Assembly: GCA_049322915.1 (NCBI GenBank)
Contig: JBMOPW010000020.1
Location: 224,001 to 288,000, forward strand
Reading direction: 5' to 3'
Origin: Candidatus Zhuqueibacterota bacterium
GTDB lineage: Bacteria; Zhuqueibacterota; Zhuqueibacteria; Thermofontimicrobiales; Thermofontimicrobiaceae
Length of the DNA: 64,000 bases
This document shows positions 9,297 through 19,577 of this stretch, piece by piece. The notes beneath the pieces are model-generated. The model saw nothing but the letters and a program-made list of their open reading frames with translations. It was not told where the DNA came from and ran no database searches. Numbering within the stretch: the first letter of the stretch is position 1; each line of letters begins with the position of its first letter. The translations under genes were made by a program, and so were the position numbers.

Positions 9297-10517
9297 ATGA
9301 AAATTTTTACTCCCGTAGTCGTACTTTCTTTACTCTTACTTTTCAGTATTTCTTTCGCGCAGACAGAGGCTCAAATCGCGCCGGGTCGAACGGAGTGGGA
9401 TCATGGAATCCTCATGTTCAAGTCGGATGACGGCGCGTTTCAGACCCGCTTTGATATGCGCGCTTATCTCAATGGCGGCTATTTCTTCGAGGACGAAGAT
9501 AGGCTCAGCAGCGGCACGCACGTGCGAAAAGCGCGATTCACCTTGAAGACATTGCTATATAACACCTGGCGGGCGGAATGGGATATTGATGTGGCTGAAG
9601 GCGTTGTGGAAATAAAAGATATGTTCCTGTCATTCGTGGGATTCGATAACTCCCACATCAAGTTTGGCCATTTCAAAATGCCGTTGGGACTGGAAGAATT
9701 GATGACGTCGCGGTACCAGACATTTGTGGAGCGAGCCTATCCCATGATGGCGTTTGAAACCGACCGCCATTTGGGCCTGCAATATTCGCGGTGGGGAACG
9801 AATTGGAATCTCAGGTCAGCAGTTTTCGGCCAGACGATGGATGCCGTTAAAAATAAGTCAATGGACGAAACCGGGAATGGCGCCGCGGCGCGCCTGGTGT
9901 ACACGCCTATCCAGAATTCGAAAGCCATCATTCACACCGGTCTGGCGCTCGCCTATCAGAAACCGGATGATGAAAGCAACGCCATGGAATTTCAGAGCGA
10001 AGCTGAGACGAAGCTGGGTGACGCCGAAATCCTTTCCACAGGGACGGTGTTCGATGTGAGCTATGCGTTCAAAACCGGACTGGAAGGAGTTATGGTTTAC
10101 AAAAATCTCTCGCTACAGGGAGAATATATTCAGACGAATTTACAGCGAATGAACGGCGCCGAGAATGCTACGTTGAGCGGCGGCTATGCGTTCATCAGTT
10201 GGATACTCACCGGCGAGATGCGTCCCTGGGTGAAAGAAGAAGGGGAGTTCGGTCAGATCATTCCCAAGAGCAACACCGTTGGCGCCTGGGAAATTGCGGC
10301 CCGCTACAGTCATCTCAATTTGAGCGATGACAAGGCCGGCATCACCGGCGGCAAGGCCAATAATTATACACTGGGATTGAACTGGTACGCCAATCCCAAC
10401 ATTCGGTTTATATTAAATTACACCTACGTGGATAATTCCATTTTCGCCACCAACGATGGATTCCCCGGTAATTACGATTTCAGCGTGCTCCATTTTTTGG
10501 CGATGGTTTTCTTTTAA
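9297..10517 (+). CDS. Phosphate-selective porin, OprO/OprP family
   Basis: Signal peptide, VRKAR, GHFKMPLGLEELMTSRYQTFVER, LQGEY, LTGE, GAWEIAARYS, TLGLNWY and C-terminal Phe. Confidence 0.9.
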   Translation: MKIFTPVVVLSLLLLFSISFAQTEAQIAPGRTEWDHGILMFKSDDGAFQTRFDMRAYLNGGYFFEDEDRLSSGTHVRKARFTLKTLLYNTWRAEWDIDVAEGVVEIKDMFLSFVGFDNSHIKFGHFKMPLGLEELMTSRYQTFVERAYPMMAFETDRHLGLQYSRWGTNWNLRSAVFGQTMDAVKNKSMDETGNGAAARLVYTPIQNSKAIIHTGLALAYQKPDDESNAMEFQSEAETKLGDAEILSTGTVFDVSYAFKTGLEGVMVYKNLSLQGEYIQTNLQRMNGAENATLSGGYAFISWILTGEMRPWVKEEGEFGQIIPKSNTVGAWEIAARYSHLNLSDDKAGITGGKANNYTLGLNWYANPNIRFILNYTYVDNSIFATNDGFPGNYDFSVLHFLAMVFF

Positions 10518-10771
10518 TCTGACTGGCATTTTAAAAAAGTGCCGAAGTAGTGGAAATCTTGCTGTGACCAATTTAGCACAGAGGTGAGAGTCGCGCGCCG
10601 GGACTTATTTAAAAAAAATGATAGTGAAACGAAATCATTCTAATCAGCAATGAGATGATGCAGTGACCATAGCTATTGTGCACCTAAATTCTGATTCCGG
10701 AGTCTAATAATTTGAAGCTTTTTTATATTGCGTTGAATCGATTGAGTAGAACACAATCTGGAGGGAAAATC

Positions 10772-12106
10772 ATGAAATTATGGCCTGTTCTATTGTTGTT
10801 AAGTTTTTCCATTTTGCTGACGTCATGCAGCACGGATGAATCGACTGGTCTGGATGACAAAAATGAAAAAAGTGAATTCAAGCTCCTCATCAATGAATTT
10901 ATGGCCAGCAACGACGCGGCCAGCGCTGACGCGGATGACAACGGCAGCGGCGATAACAGCCCCTATGACGACTGGTTTGAAATCTATAATGCCGACAGCG
11001 TCGCAGTGAATGTCGCTGGAATGTACGTGACCGACAATCTGGAAAATTTGAACCAGTACCAGATTCCCGGTGCCGATCCGGCAAAGACGACCATTCCTCC
11101 CGGCGGATTCATTGTCATCTGGGCCGATAATGAACCGGATCAGGGTCCCCTGCACGCGAACTTCGCCCTGTCCGGCAGCGGCGAATCCATCGCCATCGTC
11201 GAGTCAGATGGCCGGCTCATCATCAATTCTCTGACGTACGAGGCGCAGCAGACCGACTTCTCTTACGGCCGCAATCCGGATGGCAGCGATACGTGGCAGG
11301 TCTTTGCCCAGGCAACGCCGGCCGCATCGAACACCGGCGCATCATCCAATTTGCCGCCGACGATCAGCGAGATTTCTGTCACCCCGGCGACAATCCAGGC
11401 CGGGGAGTTGGTCACCGTGTCGGCCAAAGTTACGGACACAAATTTGAGCGGCGTTTCGCTCAGTTACGGGGAGGCCGGAAATATTTCAGCCTCAGCGACG
11501 ATGGCGCTGGCCAATGCCGTGTATCAGGCGCAGATTGGCCCCTTCGATGACGGAAAAGTGATCTATTATTTTATCACGGCGACCGATGAAGAAGCAGCCC
11601 GGACGCAGAGCGACACGCTGCATTTTGAAGTCGGCTATGTCCCGCCGGTGCTTTTTATCAATGAATTTTTAGCCAGCAATGATTCCTCGTTCAAAGATCC
11701 GGACGAGGACGATCTCGACGGCGACCCCCAGGACGACTGGATCGAAATTTACAATCCCGGCCCGAATCCGGTGAACATCGCCGGCATGTATATCACGGAT
11801 AAATTGTCAAATCTCACGGCCTGGCAAATCCCTGAAACAGACTCTGCAAAAACGACAATCGATGCCGGTGGGTTTGTCATCATTTGGGCGGACAAAGAGA
11901 TGCAACAGGGACCGCTGCATGTCGACATCAAATTATCCGGGGATGGTGAGCAAATCGGGCTCATTGCGCCGAACGGCACGACTGTAATCGATTCTCTGAC
12001 TTACGGCGCGCAGACCGAAGACATCTCCTTTGGACGGTCTCCGGATGGCAGTCCCAACTGGATTCTTTTCAATACGCCATCGCCGGGCGCTTTGAACGGG
12101 AAATAA
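10772..12106 (+). CDS. Lipoprotein with two lamin-tail domains separated by an Ig-like domain
   Basis: Lipobox LTSC; two INEF.ASN...DW.EIYN...WAD...LSG.GE...S.GR.PDG...W...P repeats. Start set at ATG 10772 after GGAGG. Confidence 0.85.
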   Translation: MKLWPVLLLLSFSILLTSCSTDESTGLDDKNEKSEFKLLINEFMASNDAASADADDNGSGDNSPYDDWFEIYNADSVAVNVAGMYVTDNLENLNQYQIPGADPAKTTIPPGGFIVIWADNEPDQGPLHANFALSGSGESIAIVESDGRLIINSLTYEAQQTDFSYGRNPDGSDTWQVFAQATPAASNTGASSNLPPTISEISVTPATIQAGELVTVSAKVTDTNLSGVSLSYGEAGNISASATMALANAVYQAQIGPFDDGKVIYYFITATDEEAARTQSDTLHFEVGYVPPVLFINEFLASNDSSFKDPDEDDLDGDPQDDWIEIYNPGPNPVNIAGMYITDKLSNLTAWQIPETDSAKTTIDAGGFVIIWADKEMQQGPLHVDIKLSGDGEQIGLIAPNGTTVIDSLTYGAQTEDISFGRSPDGSPNWILFNTPSPGALNGK

Positions 12107-12232
12107 TCCGGGAGTAAAGTCTGCATGCTGCCGGCGTTATGCTGCTGGGCGCGCTGATGCAGACGTCTTGCATGCATTGGCAGCGTGGACTGTGACTGAA
12201 TTGCAATTACCATAAAACTGATTTGAAGCGAT

Positions 12233-12970
12233 ATGAAATTGCTTAACTACTGGATAAGCCTGGCGATCATCTCCGGCTGCAGTGTCAGCGAAAACGCTGT
12301 GCAGCCGGAGCATACCGGGCCATCATTGAAAATCATCTCACAATTTCTACTGGATGTGCCTGAACCTTCGGGACTGGCATTCGACCGATCCCGGAGCGCA
12401 ATGTGGACTGTCAGCGATCAGAATGGCTGCCTGTATAAACTGGACCTGACTGGCAACATTATTCAGACGATGACCTTGGAAGCGACCGATCTCGAAGGCG
12501 TCAGTTTCAATTGGCATACCGGTGAATTGTTAGTCGTGGAAGAAAACGCCGGCGATGTGGTGCAGTTGGATTCGCTGGGAGCTATTTTGGGAAAGCATCA
12601 GATTCTGCAGACCCACGATAATTCCGGTTTGGAAGGTGTCTGCGCAGACGATAAAGGCAGGATTTTTGTCATCAAAGAGAAAGCGCCGGGAAAGTGGATT
12701 GCACTGAATCCCGATTTCTCAATTGCAGAGACGAAGGAATTGACCTTTGCGCCTGATTACTCGGATATTGCCTGCGATACCAGTGACAATAGATTCTGGA
12801 TTCTCAGCGATCAGGGTCAGCAATTGTTCCTCTGGGATACCAATGAAGGAGTATTGGAAAGCTATCACGTGGCAATAGAAAATCCCGAAGGAATTGTCAT
12901 TGATTTTGTCAATCAGATATTTTATATTGTGAGCGATTCTCAGCAGCGACTATTCCTTTTAACTCAATGA
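12233..12970 (+). CDS. SdiA-regulated/YjiK-family beta-propeller lipoprotein
   Basis: Lipobox ISGC; blade motifs EPSGLAF, WTVSD, DLEGV, VVEE, NSGLEGV, WILSDQ and NPEGI. Confidence 0.82.
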   Translation: MKLLNYWISLAIISGCSVSENAVQPEHTGPSLKIISQFLLDVPEPSGLAFDRSRSAMWTVSDQNGCLYKLDLTGNIIQTMTLEATDLEGVSFNWHTGELLVVEENAGDVVQLDSLGAILGKHQILQTHDNSGLEGVCADDKGRIFVIKEKAPGKWIALNPDFSIAETKELTFAPDYSDIACDTSDNRFWILSDQGQQLFLWDTNEGVLESYHVAIENPEGIVIDFVNQIFYIVSDSQQRLFLLTQ

Positions 12971-13043
12971 TATAAACAACAGTTGAGCAGCGATTCTGCT
13001 TATAAATAATTCATTAGAAAATTTACAAACGTGGAGGTTTAAC

Positions 13044-14309
13044 ATGAAAAGAGGGGTTACTATTTTATTAGTACTTTTTTCCTTGCTGGTTGTGTCAATT
13101 TCATTCGGACAGGCCCCGGCATTGAAAATCAATGAGTTCCTGGCCAGTAACGACACGGCCAATACCGATCCTTTTGGCGGTCATGATGACTGGATTGAAA
13201 TTTACAATGCAGGAACAGAGCCAGTCGACATAGGCGGCATGTTCATCACCGACGATCTGACCGAGCCCAACAAGGTACAAATACCGGCGACGCGACCGGA
13301 TTCAACGACGATTCAGCCGGGCGGCTTTCTCATCATCTGGGCTGACGATGAACCGGAGCAAGGTGTTTTGCATGTAGAAATTAAATTAGGCGCCGGCGGC
13401 GAGCAAATTGGGCTGTATGCCAGCGACGCTGCTACAGTCATCGACACGCTCACCTTCGGAGACCAGACCACTGATCAGTCCGCCGGGCGTCTCGCTGACG
13501 GCGAAAACAACTGGGTATTTTTCTCGAATCCGACTCCGGGTTATACCAACCGCATGATTCCCATAATCGTGAATGAATTCCTGGCCAGCAATGATTTTAT
13601 TACAACGGATCCTTACGGCGAAAATGATGACTGCATCGAAATTATGAACGTGGGAATTTTCCCGGTGAACATTGGTGGCATGTACGTGACTGACAAACTG
13701 TCGTCTCCCACGGAATGGCAAATCCCGACCGATATGCCGGATTCCACGACACTTCAGCCTGGCCAGATTCTTGTGCTCTGGGCGGATAAACAGACGTCCC
13801 AGGGAGTTTTCCATGTCGATATTAAACTAAGCGGCGACGGCGAGCAGATTGGAATTTTCGCTTCCGATGGCATCACAGTCATCGATTCTCTTTCCTTTGG
13901 ACCGCAACTTCCGGATACCTCGTATGGGCGAATTAGCGATGGCATGAACTCATGGACCCATTTTTCAACCCCAAGCCTGGGAGCCTCCAATTCAACGGGC
14001 GTCATCTCGGCAGTATTCGATACTGACGTCACTGCGAACACAATTGGTTCCTTTGAATTATATCAGAACTACCCCAATCCGTTCAACTCGGTCACCACAA
14101 TCCGATTCAATCTGCCACAAGCGCAGAAAATAAATATTTCAGTGTTCAACGTGATTGGCCAAAAAATTGCAACTCTCATTGATGGATTTCTTAAAGCAGG
14201 CCGTGGAGAGGTGCATTGGGATGCTGCGAACCAGGTGAGCGGAGTCTATTTCTATCAGATTAAATCCGATAACTATACCATGACCCGACGAATGGTTCTA
14301 TTGAAGTAG
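13044..14309 (+). CDS. Secreted protein with two lamin-tail domains and a C-terminal sorting (T9SS type-A-like) domain
   Basis: Signal peptide; two LTD repeats; C-terminal LYQNYPNPFNSVTTIRF...SGVYFYQI...RMVLLK. Confidence 0.88.
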   Translation: MKRGVTILLVLFSLLVVSISFGQAPALKINEFLASNDTANTDPFGGHDDWIEIYNAGTEPVDIGGMFITDDLTEPNKVQIPATRPDSTTIQPGGFLIIWADDEPEQGVLHVEIKLGAGGEQIGLYASDAATVIDTLTFGDQTTDQSAGRLADGENNWVFFSNPTPGYTNRMIPIIVNEFLASNDFITTDPYGENDDCIEIMNVGIFPVNIGGMYVTDKLSSPTEWQIPTDMPDSTTLQPGQILVLWADKQTSQGVFHVDIKLSGDGEQIGIFASDGITVIDSLSFGPQLPDTSYGRISDGMNSWTHFSTPSLGASNSTGVISAVFDTDVTANTIGSFELYQNYPNPFNSVTTIRFNLPQAQKINISVFNVIGQKIATLIDGFLKAGRGEVHWDAANQVSGVYFYQIKSDNYTMTRRMVLLK

Positions 14310-14344
14310 CCATATTTCATCTCATGAAATAAGCGAAATTACCT

Positions 14345-14385
14345 GCATGGCAGAAGGGACAACTCTTCTGCTGTGCTCATTTTTT
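14345..14385 (+). terminator. Probable intrinsic terminator
   Basis: GCATGGCAGAAG-N8-CTTCTGCTGTGC stem followed by a T-run, just after the 14309 stop. Confidence 0.55.
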
Positions 14386-14907
14386 GATTTCTCCTGATCC
14401 TTGTGCCGGCCTAAAAAAAGTTTCTGAGATCCCCAGTTTAGTCTTGTATAGTCTAACTTAAGCAATCATAAAATTTAAATGGATGAAGTTGTTGTTACGG
14501 TTCTGAAGGTGTAATAACAATTTTGTATTTAATCCCAAAATATGTTAATCAATCTTAAGAAAAACTAGAGATTGTTCGATATATTAATTATAATAGGCCT
14601 TAATTTTTAAAGCGTTAAGGGCCTGATTGTGTTAAACATCATATTTTTCAGTCATTAAAAAAATGTAATTATTAAGCGGGGGTAGAAGACCAATAAAAAT
14701 AGCGGATTAGTAGAACGAGTTTATAGGGGTGGAAAAAGGAATATAGCTTGCATTTAAAAATTGAAATAATTACGTTATACGCATTCTGAAAATGCGTTCC
14801 CAACGATTCCCAAAGCTCGATAAGAAGAATGGAGCATTATCAATCGGCGATGAAAAGCGTGACATTAGTTTATCCTCTGAGAGAAAAGATTTTTACAACA
14901 ACATCGG

Positions 14908-16401
14908 GTGACCATGAACTGCATCGTGAGCTGCATATTTAAAATTAGTAGAAGGACATGTTGGGGGTTGATGATCCTGTTATTGGTCCATTCAAACGGA
15001 TTAGCCCAGTTGGATCAATTCCATTCGTCCGGTCCGCATTTTTCCATGGCGGGATTGAGCGACAGCGGGATGATTTCGGATGACAAGAAAGAAAGTGATG
15101 ACACCATCCGTGAAATCAACCGGTTCACGTTGAGCGATTCCCTCTGGAGGATGTGGCAAGCTGTGGCAGATTCTCAATACGTCATTGCCAGAAAAGATTC
15201 GATTCAGGCGGAGAAGCTATTTATATCCGGAGCCAAATTAGCCCGCGAAGCATTTAATTCCATTAAGAATATCAATCGCAGCGAAATGGACTCCTCGGAC
15301 GTGCGCAAGATCGAAGTGAAAGCAATCCTGCATTTTGAGCAGGCGCGCATGTATTTTGAACAGACCTTCAAGTTGAATCCTTTTGATATCAAGACGCAAA
15401 ATTACCTCATCTGGATTTTCCAAAACCTGGCTGAATTACATGCCCACTGCGACAATGCTACCCGCGCGATTACCATGCTGGAGTACCTGACTTACATCGT
15501 GAATGACGATCCCGGGTTGTATTACAAATTAAGCCAGAAATATTTCAATGCTGGCCGCTGGGACAAGGCGCTGACGAACATCAAATCGGCGATTGAGTTA
15601 TTATTGAATGATGACTGGAATAAAATTGACACGAACTACCTGTTCGGCCATTACTATATTAAATCAAATGCCGAGATTCAATTGAACATGATTCCGCAAG
15701 CGTTGCAGTCCCTGCAGTATGCCAAACTCATTGCCCCGACGCCGGTCGAAGCGAAGCGCATTCAGCAGAAAATTGATTGGATCAACTGGGACGATGGAAA
15801 TCTGACGGCATCCCGACGGTCCGACCAGTTGAATTACAAGGTGCAGCAGGGAGATTCAGATTATCTGACAATCAAAGAAGAGTACATGGACTTGCTGAAC
15901 CAGGTGACTACGGAGCGCGCCAAACAGGACATCAACTGGAAGGTTGCTCAGTTGGAGTATTCGTTTCTTGACCAGAAATTGCTGGCAGCGGATAGAATGC
16001 GGGAACTGGCAGAACAGATCCCACTGGATTCAACTGGACAGGCGCTTCGGCCCGAAGATCAGAAATACCTCGAAGATTATGGGATGATATGTTATAACCT
16101 GGGTCAGCAGCGCCTCCAGGAAAATGATCTCCGAAGTGCATTTGTTTATTTTTTCCAATCGGTCAATTTTCAATGGAGCGGTGTGGGAAAAAGCTACCTT
16201 CAACTTTCCAAGTTGACATCGCTGGATAATAAATCGTCACTTAAATATGCACAATCGGCGCTCGCACTGGAGGAGCAATTGTCCATCGATGAAAAGAATG
16301 ACCTGTACTATGCCATTTACCTCGCCTATAAACGCATGGGCAGTTTTGATGATGCCCGACAATGGTTTCAAAAGTCAAGCAATTTAACGATGAGTCGGTG
16401 A
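14908..16401 (+). CDS. Exported TPR protein, paralog 1 of a tandem triplet
   Basis: Signal-like N-terminus, helical TPR pattern, LNPF and WINWDDGNL motifs shared with its neighbours. Exact start uncertain. Confidence 0.8.
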   Translation: MTMNCIVSCIFKISRRTCWGLMILLLVHSNGLAQLDQFHSSGPHFSMAGLSDSGMISDDKKESDDTIREINRFTLSDSLWRMWQAVADSQYVIARKDSIQAEKLFISGAKLAREAFNSIKNINRSEMDSSDVRKIEVKAILHFEQARMYFEQTFKLNPFDIKTQNYLIWIFQNLAELHAHCDNATRAITMLEYLTYIVNDDPGLYYKLSQKYFNAGRWDKALTNIKSAIELLLNDDWNKIDTNYLFGHYYIKSNAEIQLNMIPQALQSLQYAKLIAPTPVEAKRIQQKIDWINWDDGNLTASRRSDQLNYKVQQGDSDYLTIKEEYMDLLNQVTTERAKQDINWKVAQLEYSFLDQKLLAADRMRELAEQIPLDSTGQALRPEDQKYLEDYGMICYNLGQQRLQENDLRSAFVYFFQSVNFQWSGVGKSYLQLSKLTSLDNKSSLKYAQSALALEEQLSIDEKNDLYYAIYLAYKRMGSFDDARQWFQKSSNLTMSR

Positions 16402-17867
16402 TGCGGAACGTTGGGATAGCCTTTCTGATAGCTACAATTCTTACCTCATGCGCGGTAAATCGCTCGCTGAATACAGAACAAAAATCCAGGCACGTTTCAA
16501 CTGAGGTTGTGCATTTTCCGGGCGTGGATAGCACAGTCGCCCGCGAGGCGCTGAACTACGCCGATCGCATCCTTGCTGATGCCGCACAGATGGATGCCGC
16601 TGACTCTTTATATCAACGGGCGAAAATTTCATTTGAATGTGCAGACACGCTGTCTTTGGCGCTGCGCCATTCAAAAGAGCATGATCCCATTGGTGAGAAT
16701 CTGTGCCATCGTTGGATCAACCAAATCGGACTCTCAGGCAAAACGCGAAACCTATTTCTGAAGCTCAATTCCAGGCGTAAGCTAGAATACATTTTTACAA
16801 ATGCGAACGAGGATGCGGCTCAGGCGAAGCTGCTCAATCCATTCAATCTGAACACGCGGGGACTCCTTGTCCAGATAAATATGATGCTGGGCAATCTCAC
16901 CAATCGTAACGATTATTACTTGGTTGCTGTGAATGAAATTGAAAATTTGCTGCTGGTCGATAAGAGCAATCCCGATGTGTACACGCGGTTGGCCGAATGC
17001 CATTATGCACTGGGCAATTGGGCGAAATGCGATGAGAGTTTTCGGGAAGCGGAAAAGGTGCTTCACGTCGTCGCCCAGTTTAAAATGATTGAAGAACCTG
17101 GCAGCAGCAACGACGTGGATACATCGAAATGGGTGTACCTGCTTCGGGGACAGGGCGAAGCCAGAGCGAAAATGTACGATGCCGAAGGCGCAATTGGCTT
17201 TCTCACCCGGGCGTATGAACTCACCGACTCCGAGTCGTTGCGAACTGAATTGACGAATTACCTGTCCTGGATAAAATGGGATGAGGGGAATATTCGCGCA
17301 TCGGAATTGCGCGATGAAGTTGTTGAACTGGAACAGCATGCGGACTATAAACAGGCGAGTGAGAAATACATCGACCTGTTGAATCACCTGAAAACCCAGC
17401 GCACCAGAAATGAGATCAATTGGAAAATTGCCTCTATCGAATATCAGCATCTGAATCGGGAGAAAGACGCTGTGGCCCGGCTTTTTAGTGTGTTGAAAAA
17501 TATTCCCGACGATGAAACGAATGTGCCGCGACATGAGCGCTTTCGCAAAGACTATGCTGCGATGTGCTTTTCTCTCGGCTTGAAATATTCCAGGATGAAT
17601 GAAATGCGGCTGGCCTATATCTACCTCAGGCAGGCTTCAAAAATTGAATGGGACTATCGAGCCAGGAGCTATCTGCAACTGGCATTATTGTCCCAGTCGA
17701 ATCCCGAAGAGACAATACGCAACTGCACATTGGCGCTGAACGAGCGGGAGCAGCTATCCAGCGACGAGATTTACAAAATTCATCAGATGTTATTTGGTGC
17801 CCATAAGCAAAATGGCAATTACGACGATGCCCGGCATTTTCACAAATTGCTGGCGAACCATAATTAA
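16401..17867 (+). CDS. TPR lipoprotein, paralog 2
   Basis: TGATG coupling with the previous gene; lipobox LTSC; LNPF, WIKWDEGNI and EINWKIASIEY. Confidence 0.82.
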   Translation: MRNVGIAFLIATILTSCAVNRSLNTEQKSRHVSTEVVHFPGVDSTVAREALNYADRILADAAQMDAADSLYQRAKISFECADTLSLALRHSKEHDPIGENLCHRWINQIGLSGKTRNLFLKLNSRRKLEYIFTNANEDAAQAKLLNPFNLNTRGLLVQINMMLGNLTNRNDYYLVAVNEIENLLLVDKSNPDVYTRLAECHYALGNWAKCDESFREAEKVLHVVAQFKMIEEPGSSNDVDTSKWVYLLRGQGEARAKMYDAEGAIGFLTRAYELTDSESLRTELTNYLSWIKWDEGNIRASELRDEVVELEQHADYKQASEKYIDLLNHLKTQRTRNEINWKIASIEYQHLNREKDAVARLFSVLKNIPDDETNVPRHERFRKDYAAMCFSLGLKYSRMNEMRLAYIYLRQASKIEWDYRARSYLQLALLSQSNPEETIRNCTLALNEREQLSSDEIYKIHQMLFGAHKQNGNYDDARHFHKLLANHN

Positions 17868-19349
17868 ATGAGTTCCATGAGAGAAATTTTCCTGAAAAGT
17901 CTGATTTCAATTGTGTTGTATGCCCTGATATTCCTGAATGGCTGCGGGACGACGCGTCATCAGTTTCATGCCGGGGACGAAGGATCTGACCCGGTGGGAG
18001 TCGATAGCCTCACCCTGGCCGAAGCGGATTCCATCATCCCGCATCTTTTTGTGAATTTTCACCATAAGCAAAAGTCGACCCAACTTTGCAATGACGGCGA
18101 ACGTTCCCTCACAGCCGCGGATTCACTGTGGCAATTGCTGCGTACTGAAATCCGGGATTCGTCACAAAATTCCGACACAACATCGGAGACTATCCTTACC
18201 CGGGAGAAAAGGCGGCAGAGCCACGTCGAAGAGCTGACCAAATGCCTGGTTGCTGCGGAGAAAAATTTTCAGAAATCGATCGAGTTAAATCCATTTGCCC
18301 TGGATTGCCGGGATGGTCTGGCTCGAACCTATTTTTTAAAAGCAGATGTTGAAAAGAATAATTCCAATTTCGTAAAAGCGGAGCAGGTGCTTCTTGAAAT
18401 TCTCGAGCGTGAGAAGGGCGAGCATAACCTTTACTTCAATCTGGGGGAATGCTATTTCAAACTGGAGCAGTGGGAAAACGCATTTCAAAATTACAGTCGG
18501 GCAGCATCTGTTTTTAGCCAGACAAAAGACTTTTATTTTGACAGCACCAGATCTGCCCAAGCGCAAGATTCAAGCGCCAATGCGCTCAACTTCACTTATC
18601 TCTATTCGCAGGCAGTGTGCCTGTCCAGGATGTACCGCTCGGCCGAGGCGCTCGAAATGATTCGTCAGGCAAAAACCATGGCGGAGACAGAACAGCGCAA
18701 ATCGATTGCCGCGCATTTCGAGAACTGGCTGAATTGGGATAACGGGAATATTCAGTCCGCAGAGAAGAAAAACAACATCCTGAATCTGGTCAAAGCGGAG
18801 AAATATACCGACGCTGCCAATCAATTTCAAACGTTGAAAGAATCGTTGTCGGACAGAGATGCCATTGATGAGATTGAATGGCGCATTGCCGGTCTTGAAT
18901 TTCAATATTTGAATAAGAAAGAGCAGGCGTGCGACCGGTTACTGCGCGTCATTCGCAACCGGGAAAAAACGGCTTCCATCGCCCTGTCAAATCAGGAGAA
19001 CATGAGGCAATATCTGAAAGATTGCGGTGCGATGCACTACTACCTGGGGATGAATTACATTGAAAAAGCGGACTATCGGTCGGCCAAAGACTATCTGGCA
19101 GTCGGCGCAGAAATCGAATGGTCCGGCAAGTACAAATGCCAACTCGAACTGGCTAAGATGAACAAACACAACCCACAGATGTCGCTGGAACTGATTCAAA
19201 AGGTCCTGAGCGCAGATTCCAATCTCACTATTCCCGAAAAAATCGATGCGCTCCAGGTGAAGCTCAAAGTGTTGAAAAAATTAGGCCCGGATTACCTCCT
19301 CGAAGCAAAACAGACCTACCTTCAAATCAGAGAACTTCAGAAGAACTGA
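17868..19349 (+). CDS. TPR lipoprotein, paralog 3
   Basis: Lipobox LNGC; LYFNLGECYFKLEQWENA TPR; LNPF, WLNWDNGNI and EIEWRIAGLEF. Confidence 0.82.
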   Translation: MSSMREIFLKSLISIVLYALIFLNGCGTTRHQFHAGDEGSDPVGVDSLTLAEADSIIPHLFVNFHHKQKSTQLCNDGERSLTAADSLWQLLRTEIRDSSQNSDTTSETILTREKRRQSHVEELTKCLVAAEKNFQKSIELNPFALDCRDGLARTYFLKADVEKNNSNFVKAEQVLLEILEREKGEHNLYFNLGECYFKLEQWENAFQNYSRAASVFSQTKDFYFDSTRSAQAQDSSANALNFTYLYSQAVCLSRMYRSAEALEMIRQAKTMAETEQRKSIAAHFENWLNWDNGNIQSAEKKNNILNLVKAEKYTDAANQFQTLKESLSDRDAIDEIEWRIAGLEFQYLNKKEQACDRLLRVIRNREKTASIALSNQENMRQYLKDCGAMHYYLGMNYIEKADYRSAKDYLAVGAEIEWSGKYKCQLELAKMNKHNPQMSLELIQKVLSADSNLTIPEKIDALQVKLKVLKKLGPDYLLEAKQTYLQIRELQKN

Positions 19350-19577
19350 TGCCGCTGGTATCGCGTTTGATTCGACCCTCCGTTGGAATATCAATCCCAT
19401 GACTGTTTTTTATCCGAAATTTCCCCTGAACTTTTTAATTTTTGTATCGTCTAAAAAAGTAGTTCAGGAAAAAGTTGTCTATCCATTTGAAATAGTATGT
19501 GTTTCTTGGAATTAAATCATAAATAATTTCTGCGGAGTTAACAGATAAGACCCAATAAAATACAGGAGGAGAAGCTG

